DNA of 64,000 nucleotides, taken from an uncultured Planctomycetales bacterium. Its GTDB lineage: Bacteria; Omnitrophota; Gorgyraeia; Zapsychrales; Fredricksoniimonadaceae. The notes beneath the pieces are model-generated. The model was not told the DNA's origin. It was given only the letters and a program-made list of their open reading frames with translations, and ran no database searches. Below, in pieces: positions 49,501 through 58,863 of the stretch (positions are counted from its first letter, which is position 1; each line of letters starts with the position of its first letter). The stretch spans positions 25,628 to 89,627 of the forward strand of contig CAZFNI010000004.1 of assembly GCA_964520655.1 (NCBI GenBank), given 5' to 3'. The position numbers and the translations under genes are program-made.

Positions 49501-49792
49501 GGAGGGGGAGCTGCTGGCTGCTTTACTTAACCAGGATGCTGCGCAGGCCTCTAATGCGGATGATCTAGGGGGTATTGACCTGGATCCCGCCCACTTTAAT
49601 ATGCGTATCAAGCGTGATGCCGAAGGGGTTGTTTTACCTGCGGCGCTGCAGGACTTGAAATATTTTGAGAATATCCAGGGGCTGGTCCCTAATATTCTTG
49701 AGATCAAACCCGCCGAGGATGTTCCTATCCTTCGTGAGATCCAGCAAGAGATCAAGGTTGGCGTACAAACGCCTCATATCCCCGCGAACTGA
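46538..49792 (+). CDS. Giant secreted protein, paralog 3 (1084 aa): signal peptide + conserved N-domain + unique middle + divergent C-terminal module
   Basis: Signal peptide 'MLGKKHPIFHLMLAAVLAMGFDPSLVLA'. The N-domain 'EELVVPAMPKAGTMVFLSPAF...IPRKYFAGGF' is collinear with the other two paralogs. The C-terminus 'LGGIDLDPAHFNMRIKRDAEGVVLPAALQDLKYFENIQGLVPNILEIKP' is a divergent copy of the C-module. Confidence 0.8.
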   Translation: MLGKKHPIFHLMLAAVLAMGFDPSLVLAEELVVPAMPKAGTMVFLSPAFQPATVMGMTISPKDPFQFDFLIQRGDGVYDETSKQQEYRKLIKYFLAALTVPDHDQWVNLSPYEQNRIIEEPFGRTEMGRDLLAQDYLLKQITSSLMYPGAGLGQAFWDRVYAQAGSALGKRDIPVNAFHKVWIVPDDVVIYENRQGAVILKSHLKIMLEEDYLSSLKHKAGDAQAHFIARSPRGTMASSPATPRGDGWGEDKKMSLAAGPALASQVMRDIILPELEKEVNEGKNFAPLRQIVSAMLMATWYKKALKGSLLGQVYADKGKVGGVSSDPKNIEKIYAQYLDAFKKGVFNLIKEDQDQLTHQVIPRKYFAGGFSRDEAMVTYVGSASGDEVDLGDGRERLMAIAARKHVRLSEVLRASPRILPELIVETLLYGLFWKVIDRARVNMDESRGGAMIIVGKPKEPVVAPSSSITTLSGDTRSRFSQLVNLNIEEAFHTTGTGSLHELLGVKSEAAIGYPALEELVILPNKIVGGYKISAQPQANIFLTINDAKYVFAYNELSTEDKRQYVLFADDREIGRFDFSVPLVIRKDLIPAELVPLLIQGDSPVLKEHPQNKKELYAILDFEGLMRLILENEKSLIKLKEHMRLQDVSFTDTRGVVVNLTIAVRRGKDGGADLYLFPRNGEKLPPIWQLAVPAFDAAMSVDGDEVTQAIHGRFGEMILESLRLPGKVNIGDRSYEAVAGGKGVQLKGLNDSREIRPILSSDALLRYGFVKRAVNALQAKGLVIKDDDNNIALDPDIQLRDFNDVFNVSFTQEARRLNLDADEIRGMLLGTIGYVLKVQERNVQGYSGVCVVLSKDGVSLRILTFAGSEPAVSFSRTRPPQEIIVSQMAAGLKAIKAREGRYIGVVNSKGSVRYFDEKEAEGFADIYAARMIILERNFNWKVTREQIMKMIFKGEIIPFQFTVAKDGSVAFSNVGKQSIFSKNVTSMAKEGELLAALLNQDAAQASNADDLGGIDLDPAHFNMRIKRDAEGVVLPAALQDLKYFENIQGLVPNILEIKPAEDVPILREIQQEIKVGVQTPHIPAN

Positions 49793-49879
49793 CCCCCAAT
49801 TTCCTTGACTTCCCTATTTGCTTATGATATTTTGATTTTCTAAATTTCGTTGGTTAACCCCATGGATAGGGAGGTTGTA

Positions 49880-50491
49880 ATGTTTTTTCGTAAGCTATGC
49901 AGTTTCTTGGTCATCGTAACGTTAGCTGCTGGTTTGACTGGCTGTACCGTCATCTTCCAAAAAGGCCGCCGCACGGACATTGAAAAGATCTCGAAGTTAA
50001 AGAGTGATCTTTCTGAACTGGAACGGGCCAAGGAAGAATTAGAGAACCGTTTGAAGAATGAGATCAATGATAAGCAGGTCAAGGTGGATATGCAGGACAA
50101 GGGCCTGGTCATCACGTTCGTATCGGAAGTCTTGTTCGACTCCGGCCGTGCGATCCTGCGCAAGGATTCCGCTCCCAAGCTCGATAAAGTCGCGTCGGTG
50201 CTTAACACAACGGTTGCGGATCTCAATATCGGCATCGAAGGACATACTGATAATGAACCTATCAAGAAATCAGGTTGGAAATCCAATTGGGAATTGTCCA
50301 CGGCCCGTGCTTTAAGCGTTCTGCATTTCTTAAGCGAGAAGAGCGTGACGGAAGCGCGCATGGCAGCGACCGGCTACGGCGAGTATAAACCTGTAGCGGA
50401 TAACGCGACCCGCGACGGCCGTCAGAAGAACCGCCGCGTTGAGATCGTCATTTTACCAAAGACAGAGAAACAAAGGGCTCAAGAAGAATAA
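49880..50491 (+). CDS. OmpA-family (OmpA/MotB C-terminal domain) lipoprotein (~203 aa)
   Basis: RBS 'gggagg' then ATG at 49880. Lipobox 'LAAGLTGC'. 'TDNEP...NWELSTARALSVL...NRRVEIVI' is the peptidoglycan-binding OmpA_C signature. Confidence 0.75.
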   Translation: MFFRKLCSFLVIVTLAAGLTGCTVIFQKGRRTDIEKISKLKSDLSELERAKEELENRLKNEINDKQVKVDMQDKGLVITFVSEVLFDSGRAILRKDSAPKLDKVASVLNTTVADLNIGIEGHTDNEPIKKSGWKSNWELSTARALSVLHFLSEKSVTEARMAATGYGEYKPVADNATRDGRQKNRRVEIVILPKTEKQRAQEE

Positions 50492-50514
50492 ACTGATTCC
50501 TTACGGAGGCAGGC

Positions 50515-50958
50515 ATGAAGAATTCGTTGCTCATCGTTATCGCTTCAGTCGTAACAGTGGGAGCATTGCTCTTCGCGTTTTTCGCCTTTGAGAAACAGAA
50601 CAAATTGGGCAAAAGTTTGGAAGAAGAGAAGTATGGTCGTCTGGTGGCCGAGGAAAGTTCCCAGAAAAGCGCTGCTAAACTCGCTGCTTTGGAAGTCCAG
50701 TTAAGGTCAGCAGAAGATAAGATGTCGAAGGTCAAGGATGTGCTGGATCAGGAAAAGGGTGTGAATTCCGATCTGAAAAGTCAGTATGAGAAATTGGAAC
50801 AGGCAAAAACAGAACTGGAGAATAAGGTAAAGGAATTGGCCCAGCAGAAAGATGATGCTGATAAAAAGGCCCAGGAGCTAGCGGCCAAGATCGATGCTGC
50901 GGCGCTCACAGAGGCGGCAGCAATGCCTGCGGCGCCGGAGGCTGCGGCTGCTCCATAG
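50515..50958 (+). CDS. Membrane-anchored coiled-coil protein (147 aa)
   Basis: TM 'LLIVIASVVTVGALLFAFFAF' followed by an E/K/A/L-rich heptad region and an A/P-rich tail. Confidence 0.4.
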   Translation: MKNSLLIVIASVVTVGALLFAFFAFEKQNKLGKSLEEEKYGRLVAEESSQKSAAKLAALEVQLRSAEDKMSKVKDVLDQEKGVNSDLKSQYEKLEQAKTELENKVKELAQQKDDADKKAQELAAKIDAAALTEAAAMPAAPEAAAAP

Positions 50959-50986
50959 GAGCTTTAAGGATATCGTAATACTTATC

Positions 50987-51009
50987 AGGGGGAGAACATC
51001 CCCCTTTTT
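50987..51009 (+). terminator. Rho-independent terminator
   Basis: 7-bp stem 'aggggga'/'tccccct' with a 5-nt loop and a T5 run, 29 nt after the stop at 50958. Confidence 0.7.
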
Positions 51010-51029
51010 ATTTGGTTTAAATAAAAAAT

Positions 51030-51740
51030 ATGGAAGAACGAATTCCTCAGCATGTCGCGATCATCATGGACGGTAACGGCCGTTGGGCCAAAGCGCGTCA
51101 TTTGCCGAGGACCCAGGGGCATGCGGAAGGGGTTAAGCGGGTCGAAGAACTGATCATCCAGGCTCACAATATGGGGATCAAGATCTTGACATTATACGCT
51201 TTTTCAACGGAAAATTGGACACGACCTGCCGACGAGGTGAGCATGCTCATGCGGCTGTTTATCATGGTATTGTCCTCGCGTGTCAAAGATCTGGCTGATC
51301 AAGGCATTCGGCTGAATTTTATCGGACGCCGGCAGGGTATTCCTGCGGAGGTTTTAAAGGCGATCGACACGGCCATGGATAATACCAAACATAATCATGA
51401 GCTGGTGGTCAATATCGCGTTTAATTACGGCAGCCGCGCAGAGATCGTGGATGCGGTCAAATGCGTTGGGCAGGATCTGCTGGATAAAAAGATCGCGCTT
51501 GAGGATATTAACGAAGAGGCTATCGCGAAGTATTTATATACGGCCGGGCAGCCGGAAGTTGATCTCTTGATCCGGACCTCCGGAGAACAGCGCATCAGCA
51601 ATTTTTTATTGTGGCAGATATCGTACGCGGAGTTTTATTTTACGCAAAAGTTTTGGCCGGAATTCAACGCGGCGGAATTTGAGACGGCCATCAAGGCGTT
51701 TTCTTCGAGGCATCGCCGTTATGGAGGCGTGTATGCCTAA
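51030..51740 (+). CDS. uppS: Undecaprenyl diphosphate synthase (236 aa)
   Basis: 'HVAIIMDGNGRWA' and 'FSTENWTRP' motifs. Confidence 0.9.
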   Translation: MEERIPQHVAIIMDGNGRWAKARHLPRTQGHAEGVKRVEELIIQAHNMGIKILTLYAFSTENWTRPADEVSMLMRLFIMVLSSRVKDLADQGIRLNFIGRRQGIPAEVLKAIDTAMDNTKHNHELVVNIAFNYGSRAEIVDAVKCVGQDLLDKKIALEDINEEAIAKYLYTAGQPEVDLLIRTSGEQRISNFLLWQISYAEFYFTQKFWPEFNAAEFETAIKAFSSRHRRYGGVYA

Positions 51741-52557
51741 AAATCGCATATTGTCCGCCATTTTCATGACCGCTGTTACCGTGTTCGCGGTCATCAATGA
51801 ATGGATGTTCATTGCGGTAGTCTGTTTTCTGACGGTGGGCGGCCTATACGAATTTTTTTACATGGTGAAGAAAAAAGATGTCCCGATCTATAGTTATGTC
51901 GGGATCTTTATTGGTCTGCTTATTCCTTTGTCGATCTTTACGCGTTTTGAGTTGACCAAGAATTGGGAATTGCTGTTTATCGTCGTTGGTTTTTTACTGA
52001 TCCTTTTTATGCAGTTTTCCCGTAAGGACAATAAGCATGCGATACTGGGATTATCCACGACATTGTTCGGTGTTCTGTATGTAGCCTGGTTCTTTAGTTT
52101 TTTAGTCAAGATCCGCTTGCTTTTGCCGGGTGTTGAAGGGGTAAAGCTTCTAGCATTTATCCTGCTGGTCACTAAATCCGGGGATATTGGGGCTTATTTG
52201 GTTGGAAGCAAGTTCGGCCGGACGCCGCTTTTGCCCGTCGTCAGTCCAAATAAGTCAGTCGAGGGAGGGGCCGGGGCATTGATATTTAGCATGGGGATAG
52301 CGGTTTTGTGTCAATCTTTTCTGCCCCAGTCGATCAATTTCCCAGCCTGGCAGATCGTGTTCATGGGAGCCTTCTTTGGCGCCTTGGGGCAGCTGGGAGA
52401 CCTTTCTGAATCTCTGATCAAGCGAGATTGCGGGGTCAAGGATTCCGGGAAATTGATGCCAGGCCTAGGCGGTATCCTGGACATGATCGACAGTTTGCTG
52501 TTTGCCGCGCCGGCATTTTATTTGTATATCAGTTCATCATTGAAAAGTTTACCGTAA
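51733..52557 (+). CDS. cdsA: Phosphatidate cytidylyltransferase (~275 aa)
   Basis: Polytopic. The C-terminal motif 'SLIKRDCGVKDSGKLMPGLGGILD' (KRxxxxKDxGxxxPGHGGxxD) is present. The start was placed at the ATG that overlaps the uppS stop by 8 nt. Confidence 0.8.
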   Translation: MPKNRILSAIFMTAVTVFAVINEWMFIAVVCFLTVGGLYEFFYMVKKKDVPIYSYVGIFIGLLIPLSIFTRFELTKNWELLFIVVGFLLILFMQFSRKDNKHAILGLSTTLFGVLYVAWFFSFLVKIRLLLPGVEGVKLLAFILLVTKSGDIGAYLVGSKFGRTPLLPVVSPNKSVEGGAGALIFSMGIAVLCQSFLPQSINFPAWQIVFMGAFFGALGQLGDLSESLIKRDCGVKDSGKLMPGLGGILDMIDSLLFAAPAFYLYISSSLKSLP

Positions 52558-52564
52558 ATTAAGC

Positions 52565-53671
52565 ATGCGCAAGAAGAATATCGCGATTTTGGGGTCTACC
52601 GGTTCGATCGGGATCAATACGCTTAATGTGGTTGACCGTTTCAGGGACCGTTTTAATGTGGTTGCCTTAAGCGCTTTTTCGAATAAAGCCCTTTTGGAGC
52701 AGCAGCAAGCGAAGTATAAACCCAAACATGTCGCGTTAGGGGCGGACAATGCCGGGGCCTTGGTCGAGTTCGCGTCTTTAAAAGAGGTCGACATTGTCGT
52801 TCTGGCATTGCGCGGGGCAGGGGCATTGGCGCCGTTTTTAGCGGCGGCGAAGGCGGGCAAGGTTATTGCGCCTGCCAATAAAGAAGCATTGGTGATCGCC
52901 GGTGACCTGCTCATGGAAACAGCGCGCCGCCATAAAGCCGTGATCATCCCGGTCGACAGCGAGCAAAGCGCTATATTCCAGTGCATTGACGGGCAGAGAG
53001 CGCCTGTCCATAAAGTCCATTTGACCGCCTCCGGCGGTCCGCTGCGGACGGTGGCCGCAAAGGATTTCAAGGATGTGACCGTCGACGATATTCTGAGGCA
53101 TCCGCGATGGAAGATGGGCGCTAAGATCACGGTTGATTCAGCGACGCTCTTTAACAAGGGATTTGAGTTCATCGAGGCTCAGCGCCTGTTCCATTTGAAT
53201 CATGACCAGATCGAAGTGGTCGTCCATCCGCAGGCCATCATCCACTCGATGGTGGAGTTTGAGGATGGTTCGGTCCTGGCACAGCTGGGGGTCACGGACA
53301 TGCGTTTGCCGATTCAGTACGCGCTGACTTACCCTGATCGCTGGCCGACGGGGATCAAGAGGCTTGATTTTGCCGAATTAAAGACCCTGGATTTCCATCG
53401 GCCGGATTTCAAGAAGTTCCCGGCATTGCAGTTATGTATGGATGTGGCGAAGGTTTCAGGGACAGCTGCCAGTGTTTTAAATGCGGCGGATGAAGAGGCG
53501 GTTGAGGCGTTCCTTAAGGGCGAGATCGCCTTTAATTCGATCTATAAAGTGGTTGAAAAAGTAGTGTCGCAGCATAAAATAATACGTCAGCCGGACTTAA
53601 AAGAGATCATTGCCGCGGATGTGTGGGCGCGGGAAGAATCCCGGCATTATTTAACAAAGGTGAAGATATGA
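52565..53671 (+). CDS. dxr: 1-deoxy-D-xylulose 5-phosphate reductoisomerase (368 aa)
   Basis: 'IAILGSTGSIGINTLNVV' NADPH motif. It sits in the uppS-cdsA-dxr-rseP synteny. Confidence 0.9.
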   Translation: MRKKNIAILGSTGSIGINTLNVVDRFRDRFNVVALSAFSNKALLEQQQAKYKPKHVALGADNAGALVEFASLKEVDIVVLALRGAGALAPFLAAAKAGKVIAPANKEALVIAGDLLMETARRHKAVIIPVDSEQSAIFQCIDGQRAPVHKVHLTASGGPLRTVAAKDFKDVTVDDILRHPRWKMGAKITVDSATLFNKGFEFIEAQRLFHLNHDQIEVVVHPQAIIHSMVEFEDGSVLAQLGVTDMRLPIQYALTYPDRWPTGIKRLDFAELKTLDFHRPDFKKFPALQLCMDVAKVSGTAASVLNAADEEAVEAFLKGEIAFNSIYKVVEKVVSQHKIIRQPDLKEIIAADVWAREESRHYLTKVKI

Positions 53672-54786
53672 CCCTGCTTGTTTTTATTATCATTTTAGGA
53701 CTGCTGGTACTTGTGCATGAGTGGGGTCATTTCATTACCGCGAAAAAATGCGGTGTTAAGGTCGAACAGTTTGCTTTGGGTTTTGGTCCCAAGCTCTATA
53801 GTTTTGTCCATGAAGGAACAGAGTTTTTGTGGTGCGCTATTCCCCTGGGTGGGTTTGTGAAGATGGCTGGCGACGAGAGGGATAAATGCAAAGGCACCAA
53901 GGATGAATATTTTTCACAAAGCGTCGGTAGCCGCGCGTTGATCGTCCTTATGGGGCCTGTTGTCAATGCGGTTCTGGCCTATCTGTGTTTTTGGGTCGTG
54001 TTCATGATCGGTTTCGTGGATGTGGATGCTTCGGCCAAGAAAGTGCCTCCATTTGTCGGGCAGGTGATCGAAGGGTCCGCGGCGGCGAAGGCTGGTTTAA
54101 GGACGGGCGATAAGATCGTCTCGATTGACGGCAAGCCCATTGCGCATTGGCCGGACCTGCAGGATTATGTGATGGATTCAACGACGCCGGTGCTGAATTT
54201 TCTGGTCGAGCGGGAACATGCACCTGTCGCGATCGCCATCAGCCCCAAAGTTGAAAAGCAAAAGGATATTTTTGGGAAAGAGCACAGTACGCGCAGGATC
54301 GGTGTCGGCCCTGTCCAGATCAAGGATAACAGCGACGTGGTCATTATCCGGCTTGGTCCGATAGGGGCATTTAAAAGGGCGGGCGAGGAATTTTTGGATA
54401 TATCCGGCAAGACGTATAAGGCGTTATATGAGATGTGCATCGGGCTGCGCAGTCCCAAAGAAGCCATGGGGATCGTGGGGATGTTCTTTGTGATCAAGTT
54501 CGCGCTTACGGTGAGTTTTGCGTTTTTACTGCATATCGTCGGGGTGATATCGTTGAGCTTGGCGATCTTTAATTTACTGCCATTGATCCCGTTAGACGGA
54601 GGGCATTTATTATTGCTGGGCATTGAAAAGATCCGCGGTAAAGCATTGTCGGTCACGGCAGATGTGATGATCACGCGGGTTGGATTCGGTTTGATCTTGA
54701 TGTTAGCGGCGTTCGTGTTTTACGTTGATTTTGATCGCATCGGTGTGATCGAGAAAATAACTCATTTTTTTAAACCGGCCGGTTAA
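53668..54786 (+). CDS. rseP: RIP site-2 zinc metalloprotease RseP (~372 aa)
   Basis: 'HEWGHF' HExxH motif in TM1, a PDZ domain ('GDKIVSIDGKPI') and 'LLPLIPLDGGH' (LDG motif). Confidence 0.85.
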   Translation: MTLLVFIIILGLLVLVHEWGHFITAKKCGVKVEQFALGFGPKLYSFVHEGTEFLWCAIPLGGFVKMAGDERDKCKGTKDEYFSQSVGSRALIVLMGPVVNAVLAYLCFWVVFMIGFVDVDASAKKVPPFVGQVIEGSAAAKAGLRTGDKIVSIDGKPIAHWPDLQDYVMDSTTPVLNFLVEREHAPVAIAISPKVEKQKDIFGKEHSTRRIGVGPVQIKDNSDVVIIRLGPIGAFKRAGEEFLDISGKTYKALYEMCIGLRSPKEAMGIVGMFFVIKFALTVSFAFLLHIVGVISLSLAIFNLLPLIPLDGGHLLLLGIEKIRGKALSVTADVMITRVGFGLILMLAAFVFYVDFDRIGVIEKITHFFKPAG

Positions 54787-54798
54787 AAGGAAAAGATT

Positions 54799-56082
54799 AT
54801 GCCTCCACAACAAATGGGCGGAAAAGAGATGAAGGAGCTAGTCCAGGCGTATTTGATCAATAAGACGAATTTCTTAAAGGTCAAGGACAGTATGGATGAT
54901 GACGGACTACGCAGGTTTGTCGACGGTGCGATCACGACGCTGTGTGCGGAAAAGCAATTGTCAGTGACCTTTGATGACCGCATGAAGATCATCCGCGAGC
55001 TTGTCAGCGGGGTTGTGAGCTTGGGGCCTTTGCGTCCTTTGATCGAGGATCCGACGATCACCGAGATCATGGTCAACGGTCATCGGACAGTCTATATCCA
55101 GCGTAACGGGAAGATCGAGAAAACGAATGTGATGTTTGATGACAATCAATCGCTGATGCATACGATCCAAAAGATCTTAGCCGCGTCACATTCCAGCCGC
55201 CGCGTGGATGAAAGTTCTCCCTATGTGGATTTCTCTATGACGGACGGTTCGCGCGTGAATGTTATCCTTCCGCCTTGTTCACCGGTGGGACCGGTCATGA
55301 CGATCCGTAAGTTTTCCAGGGACCTGACCTCGATCGATGATCTGATCGAGCGCAAGACGTTGAATAAGCAGATGGCGGCTTTTTTGATCGCGGCCATCAA
55401 GGCCAAGCTCAATATTATTTTCTGCGGATCTACGGGGAGCGGTAAAACGACGTTGCTCAACGTTCTCTCCAGTCATATCCCGTCTCATGAACGCATCATC
55501 ACCATTGAGGATACGGCGGAATTGCGTTTGATGCAGGAACATGTCGTGTCGCTGCAATCCAAGGTGGCGAATATCGAAGGTAAAGGGGTTGTGTCGATCC
55601 GCGATCTATTTGTTAATTCTCTGCGCATGCGTCCTGACCGTTTGATCATTGGGGAAGTTCGCGGGGAGGAGATCCTGGATCTGGTGCAATCTATTTCCTC
55701 CGGTCACTCCGGTTCTTTGGGGATCGTCCACGGAGATTCGCCGCAAGAGTGCTTTAACCGTATGGTGACGATGATGCTCATGTCCGGTATCCGTTTATCC
55801 GGAGAACAGATCCGCAATCAGCTAGCAACGGCGATCGATCTGATCGTCTACGCTGAGTTGTATATGGATGGGGTTCGCCGCGTCACGAATATCACCGACC
55901 TGCGATTTGATAAAGAGACCAACTCGATCGCTTTAGAGGATATTTTTACATTCAAGCAAGAACGCATTGATGAAAATAATAAGGTAGTCGGTGACTGGGT
56001 GATGATCAAAAAGAAACCATCCTGTTATCATAAATTCGTTAAACGCAATATCCCGCTGCCGGGGTTTTTTGAAGGGGCTTAA
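54799..56082 (+). CDS. CpaF/TadA-type secretion-system ATPase (VirB11 superfamily) (427 aa)
   Basis: Walker A 'GSTGSGKTT'. 'ITIEDTAELRL' and 'LRMRPDRLIIGEVRGEE' are the conserved Asp and His boxes of CpaF/TadA. Confidence 0.7.
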   Translation: MPPQQMGGKEMKELVQAYLINKTNFLKVKDSMDDDGLRRFVDGAITTLCAEKQLSVTFDDRMKIIRELVSGVVSLGPLRPLIEDPTITEIMVNGHRTVYIQRNGKIEKTNVMFDDNQSLMHTIQKILAASHSSRRVDESSPYVDFSMTDGSRVNVILPPCSPVGPVMTIRKFSRDLTSIDDLIERKTLNKQMAAFLIAAIKAKLNIIFCGSTGSGKTTLLNVLSSHIPSHERIITIEDTAELRLMQEHVVSLQSKVANIEGKGVVSIRDLFVNSLRMRPDRLIIGEVRGEEILDLVQSISSGHSGSLGIVHGDSPQECFNRMVTMMLMSGIRLSGEQIRNQLATAIDLIVYAELYMDGVRRVTNITDLRFDKETNSIALEDIFTFKQERIDENNKVVGDWVMIKKKPSCYHKFVKRNIPLPGFFEGA

Positions 56083-56085
56083 GTC

Positions 56086-57324
56086 ATGTATTGGTCAAAA
56101 TGTTTTATCCCGACGCTTAAAGAGAATCCCGCTGGGACTGAGGCTGTCAGCCATGCCTTGAGCCTGCGCGCTGGTCTTGTGCATATGCTGACCTCAGGGG
56201 TCTATTCGTATTTGCCATTAGGCTACAGGGTGCTTTCGAAAGTCCAGACGATCATCCGCGAGGAAATGAACGCGATCGGCTGCCATGAGCTGTTGATGCC
56301 GGCATTGCATCCCATTGATATTTGGAAAAAAACAGGTCGCGATGAGACGCTTAAGGAAGTCATGATCTCCTTCGATGATAAAAAGGGGAGGCGTATGTGC
56401 CTGGGGCCGACCCACGAAGAGATCATCACGACCATTGCCAAAGATTATATCCAAAGCTACCGCCAGCTGCCGGTGACGCTTTATCAGATCCAGTCTAAAT
56501 TCCGTGATGAGATCCGCACCCGCTACGGCATTGTCCGGGCGTGCGAGTTCATCATGAAAGACGCGTATAGTTTTGATACGACGTGGGAGGGGCTAAAGAA
56601 GAATTATGATCTGCAGCTGGAGGCCTATAAAAAGATCTTCAAGCGCTGCGGGCTGGAGGTGTTAGTCGTATCCGCTGACAGCGGGGCGATGGGCGGCAGC
56701 GTGTCCCATGAATTCCTTGTCCCTGCGTCGATCGGTGAAGATGCGGTATGGGTCAATGCCAAGAGCGGTCAGATCATTAAGGATGAGGAGGGCAAGGCGC
56801 CGTCGGGAGATGGTTGGGAGAAAAAGGTGGCCATTGAATTAGGTCATATTTTTCAGCTTGGCACGAAATATTCCGATGCGTTAGGAGCGGTCTTTTTAGA
56901 TGAGCATGGAAAGCAGCAGCCCATGATCATGGGCTGTTACGGGATCGGTGTCAGTCGTTTACTGGCCGCGGTCATTGAAGCCAATAATGATCCACAGGGG
57001 ATCATCTGGCCGTCGGGTATCGCGCCATTTGATGTGCAGATCGTCCCTGTTCAGGCAAGCGATCCGGTCGCCATGGAATTAGCGAACAGGTATTTGAAAG
57101 AATTGACGGATGCGGGGTTGGATGTGCTGGTGGATGACCGCGACGAAAGTGCCGGCCGCAAGTTCAATGATGCGGATTTGATCGGCATCCCCTGGAGGGT
57201 GACGATCGGCAAACGTATGCTCGCTCAGGGCCAGGTGGAGATCAAGAATCGACGCACAGGCGAGGTCATTGCCGTGCCCAAAGATCAATTAAGGGAAGCG
57301 TTGCTGGAAGCATGTCAACACTGA
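56086..57324 (+). CDS. proS: Prolyl-tRNA synthetase, short form without insertion/editing domain (412 aa)
   Basis: N-terminal 'FIPTLKENPAGTEAVSHALSLRAGL' is the ProRS signature. The class II motif 2/3 arrangement fits. The length suggests there is no INS domain. Confidence 0.75.
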   Translation: MYWSKCFIPTLKENPAGTEAVSHALSLRAGLVHMLTSGVYSYLPLGYRVLSKVQTIIREEMNAIGCHELLMPALHPIDIWKKTGRDETLKEVMISFDDKKGRRMCLGPTHEEIITTIAKDYIQSYRQLPVTLYQIQSKFRDEIRTRYGIVRACEFIMKDAYSFDTTWEGLKKNYDLQLEAYKKIFKRCGLEVLVVSADSGAMGGSVSHEFLVPASIGEDAVWVNAKSGQIIKDEEGKAPSGDGWEKKVAIELGHIFQLGTKYSDALGAVFLDEHGKQQPMIMGCYGIGVSRLLAAVIEANNDPQGIIWPSGIAPFDVQIVPVQASDPVAMELANRYLKELTDAGLDVLVDDRDESAGRKFNDADLIGIPWRVTIGKRMLAQGQVEIKNRRTGEVIAVPKDQLREALLEACQH

Positions 57325-57782
57325 CGACAGAAGAGATCATTGCTAAGATTGAACGTTTAAGCGCCCCTTTGCTGGAGGCGGCCGGAGTGGACTTGGTCGA
57401 ATTAGGCGTGGGGCGTCATAAGGCGGATGTGAACATTGTGTTCATGGCCGATAAACCGCAGGGCGGTATTACCATCCAGGAATGCGCTGCGCTTAACCGG
57501 GCTATCGTTGAGGCGATCGACGCGGATGGTTTTCTGGGAGAGGATTATTCGTTGGAATTCTCTTCCCCGGGACTGGACAGGCCACTTAGAGATCGAAAGG
57601 ATTTCTTAAGGAATCTTGGATGGGAAGTGCGCGTAGAACTGCGGGAGTCCGTTGAAGGGAAAAAAGGATGGGCAGGAAAGCTCGTCAGGGTTAATACAGG
57701 GGATGTGGTCTTATTAACAAAACAAAAAAAAGAAATCGTTGTGCCATTATCTGTGATCGTAAGAGCAGTGTTGGACATCTAA
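57312..57782 (+). CDS. rimP: Ribosome maturation factor RimP (156 aa)
   Basis: Position is immediately upstream of nusA-infB. 'LEFSSPGLDRPL' is the conserved RimP motif. Confidence 0.75.
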   Translation: MSTLTTEEIIAKIERLSAPLLEAAGVDLVELGVGRHKADVNIVFMADKPQGGITIQECAALNRAIVEAIDADGFLGEDYSLEFSSPGLDRPLRDRKDFLRNLGWEVRVELRESVEGKKGWAGKLVRVNTGDVVLLTKQKKEIVVPLSVIVRAVLDI

Positions 57783-57797
57783 GAAGGGAAAAATAGT

Positions 57798-58841
57798 ATG
57801 GATTCAGAATTATTGACGATCTTGGAACAATTAGAGCGCGACAAGGGTATCGATAAAGAGACCCTGATCAGCGCTGTTGAGGCGGCGGTTGCTTCCGCGG
57901 CCAAAAAATTGTGGACGGTGGATAAGGAGCAGGATGTGACGGTCGTATTGGACCGCAAGACCGGGAAATTATCCGCGTTCGCCGGAAAGCAGGAGATCCA
58001 TTCCAGCGAATTCGGCCGTATCGCCGCCCAGACCGCCAAACAGGTGGTCATTCAGAAGATCCGTGAAGCGGAGAAAGACGTGGTCTTCAATGAGTACAAT
58101 GTCCGCCAGGGCCAGATCATCAGCGGCGCGGTGTACCGTTTTGAGCGCGGCAATATCGTCGTTGATCTGGGAAAGACAGAAGCGCTGATCCCGCGCGGAG
58201 AGCAGTCGAATAAGGAAGAGTTCCGTCAGGGCGAGCGTATCCGCGCGTATTTGCTGGAGGTGCGTAAGGATATTCGCGGCCCGCAGATCATTCTTTCTCG
58301 TTCCAATCCCAACTTCGTCAAACGTTTGTTTGAATTGGAAGTGCCGGAGATCTATGAAGGGATCATTGAGATCAAAGCGATCGCGCGTGATCCGGGTGAG
58401 CGCACCAAGATCGCGGTGTATTCCAAAGATGACAAGATCGATTGCGTGGGCGCGTGCGTTGGGATGCGCGGATCCCGTGTGAAGAATATTGTTTTGGAAT
58501 TACACGGCGAAAAGATTGACATAGTCCGCTATTCAGAGGATATTAAAGAGTATATCCAGGCGGCATTATCGCCCGCGGAGATATCCCAGATGCAGCTGAT
58601 CTCGGATGAAAAACGGGTGAATATCATTGTGGATGAGGACCAGCTGTCGTTGGCCATCGGCAAATACGGCCAGAATGTCCGTTTAGCCGGTAAACTGGTC
58701 GGTTGGGACCTGGACATTTATTCCGCGAAACAGTGGGAAGAAAAACAAAAAAATGCTGAAGCGCAGGAAAGTGGTTTGACCTCCGCCAAGCCAGAAGCTA
58801 TCCCTGCGGATGAAGATGATGCCCAGGAAGAAGATGCATAA
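57798..58841 (+). CDS. nusA: Transcription termination/antitermination factor NusA (347 aa)
   Basis: S1 and KH domains. The 'GACVGMRGSRV' KH motif is present. rimP-nusA-infB synteny. Confidence 0.9.
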   Translation: MDSELLTILEQLERDKGIDKETLISAVEAAVASAAKKLWTVDKEQDVTVVLDRKTGKLSAFAGKQEIHSSEFGRIAAQTAKQVVIQKIREAEKDVVFNEYNVRQGQIISGAVYRFERGNIVVDLGKTEALIPRGEQSNKEEFRQGERIRAYLLEVRKDIRGPQIILSRSNPNFVKRLFELEVPEIYEGIIEIKAIARDPGERTKIAVYSKDDKIDCVGACVGMRGSRVKNIVLELHGEKIDIVRYSEDIKEYIQAALSPAEISQMQLISDEKRVNIIVDEDQLSLAIGKYGQNVRLAGKLVGWDLDIYSAKQWEEKQKNAEAQESGLTSAKPEAIPADEDDAQEEDA

Positions 58842-58863
58842 ACAATTCTTAGGAAGGTAATGT

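Noticed and set aside
52549-53172. 207-aa minus-strand ORF antisense to dxr
   Set aside because: It overlaps the well-supported dxr gene entirely and its translation is Ala/Arg/Ser-rich junk typical of an antisense frame.
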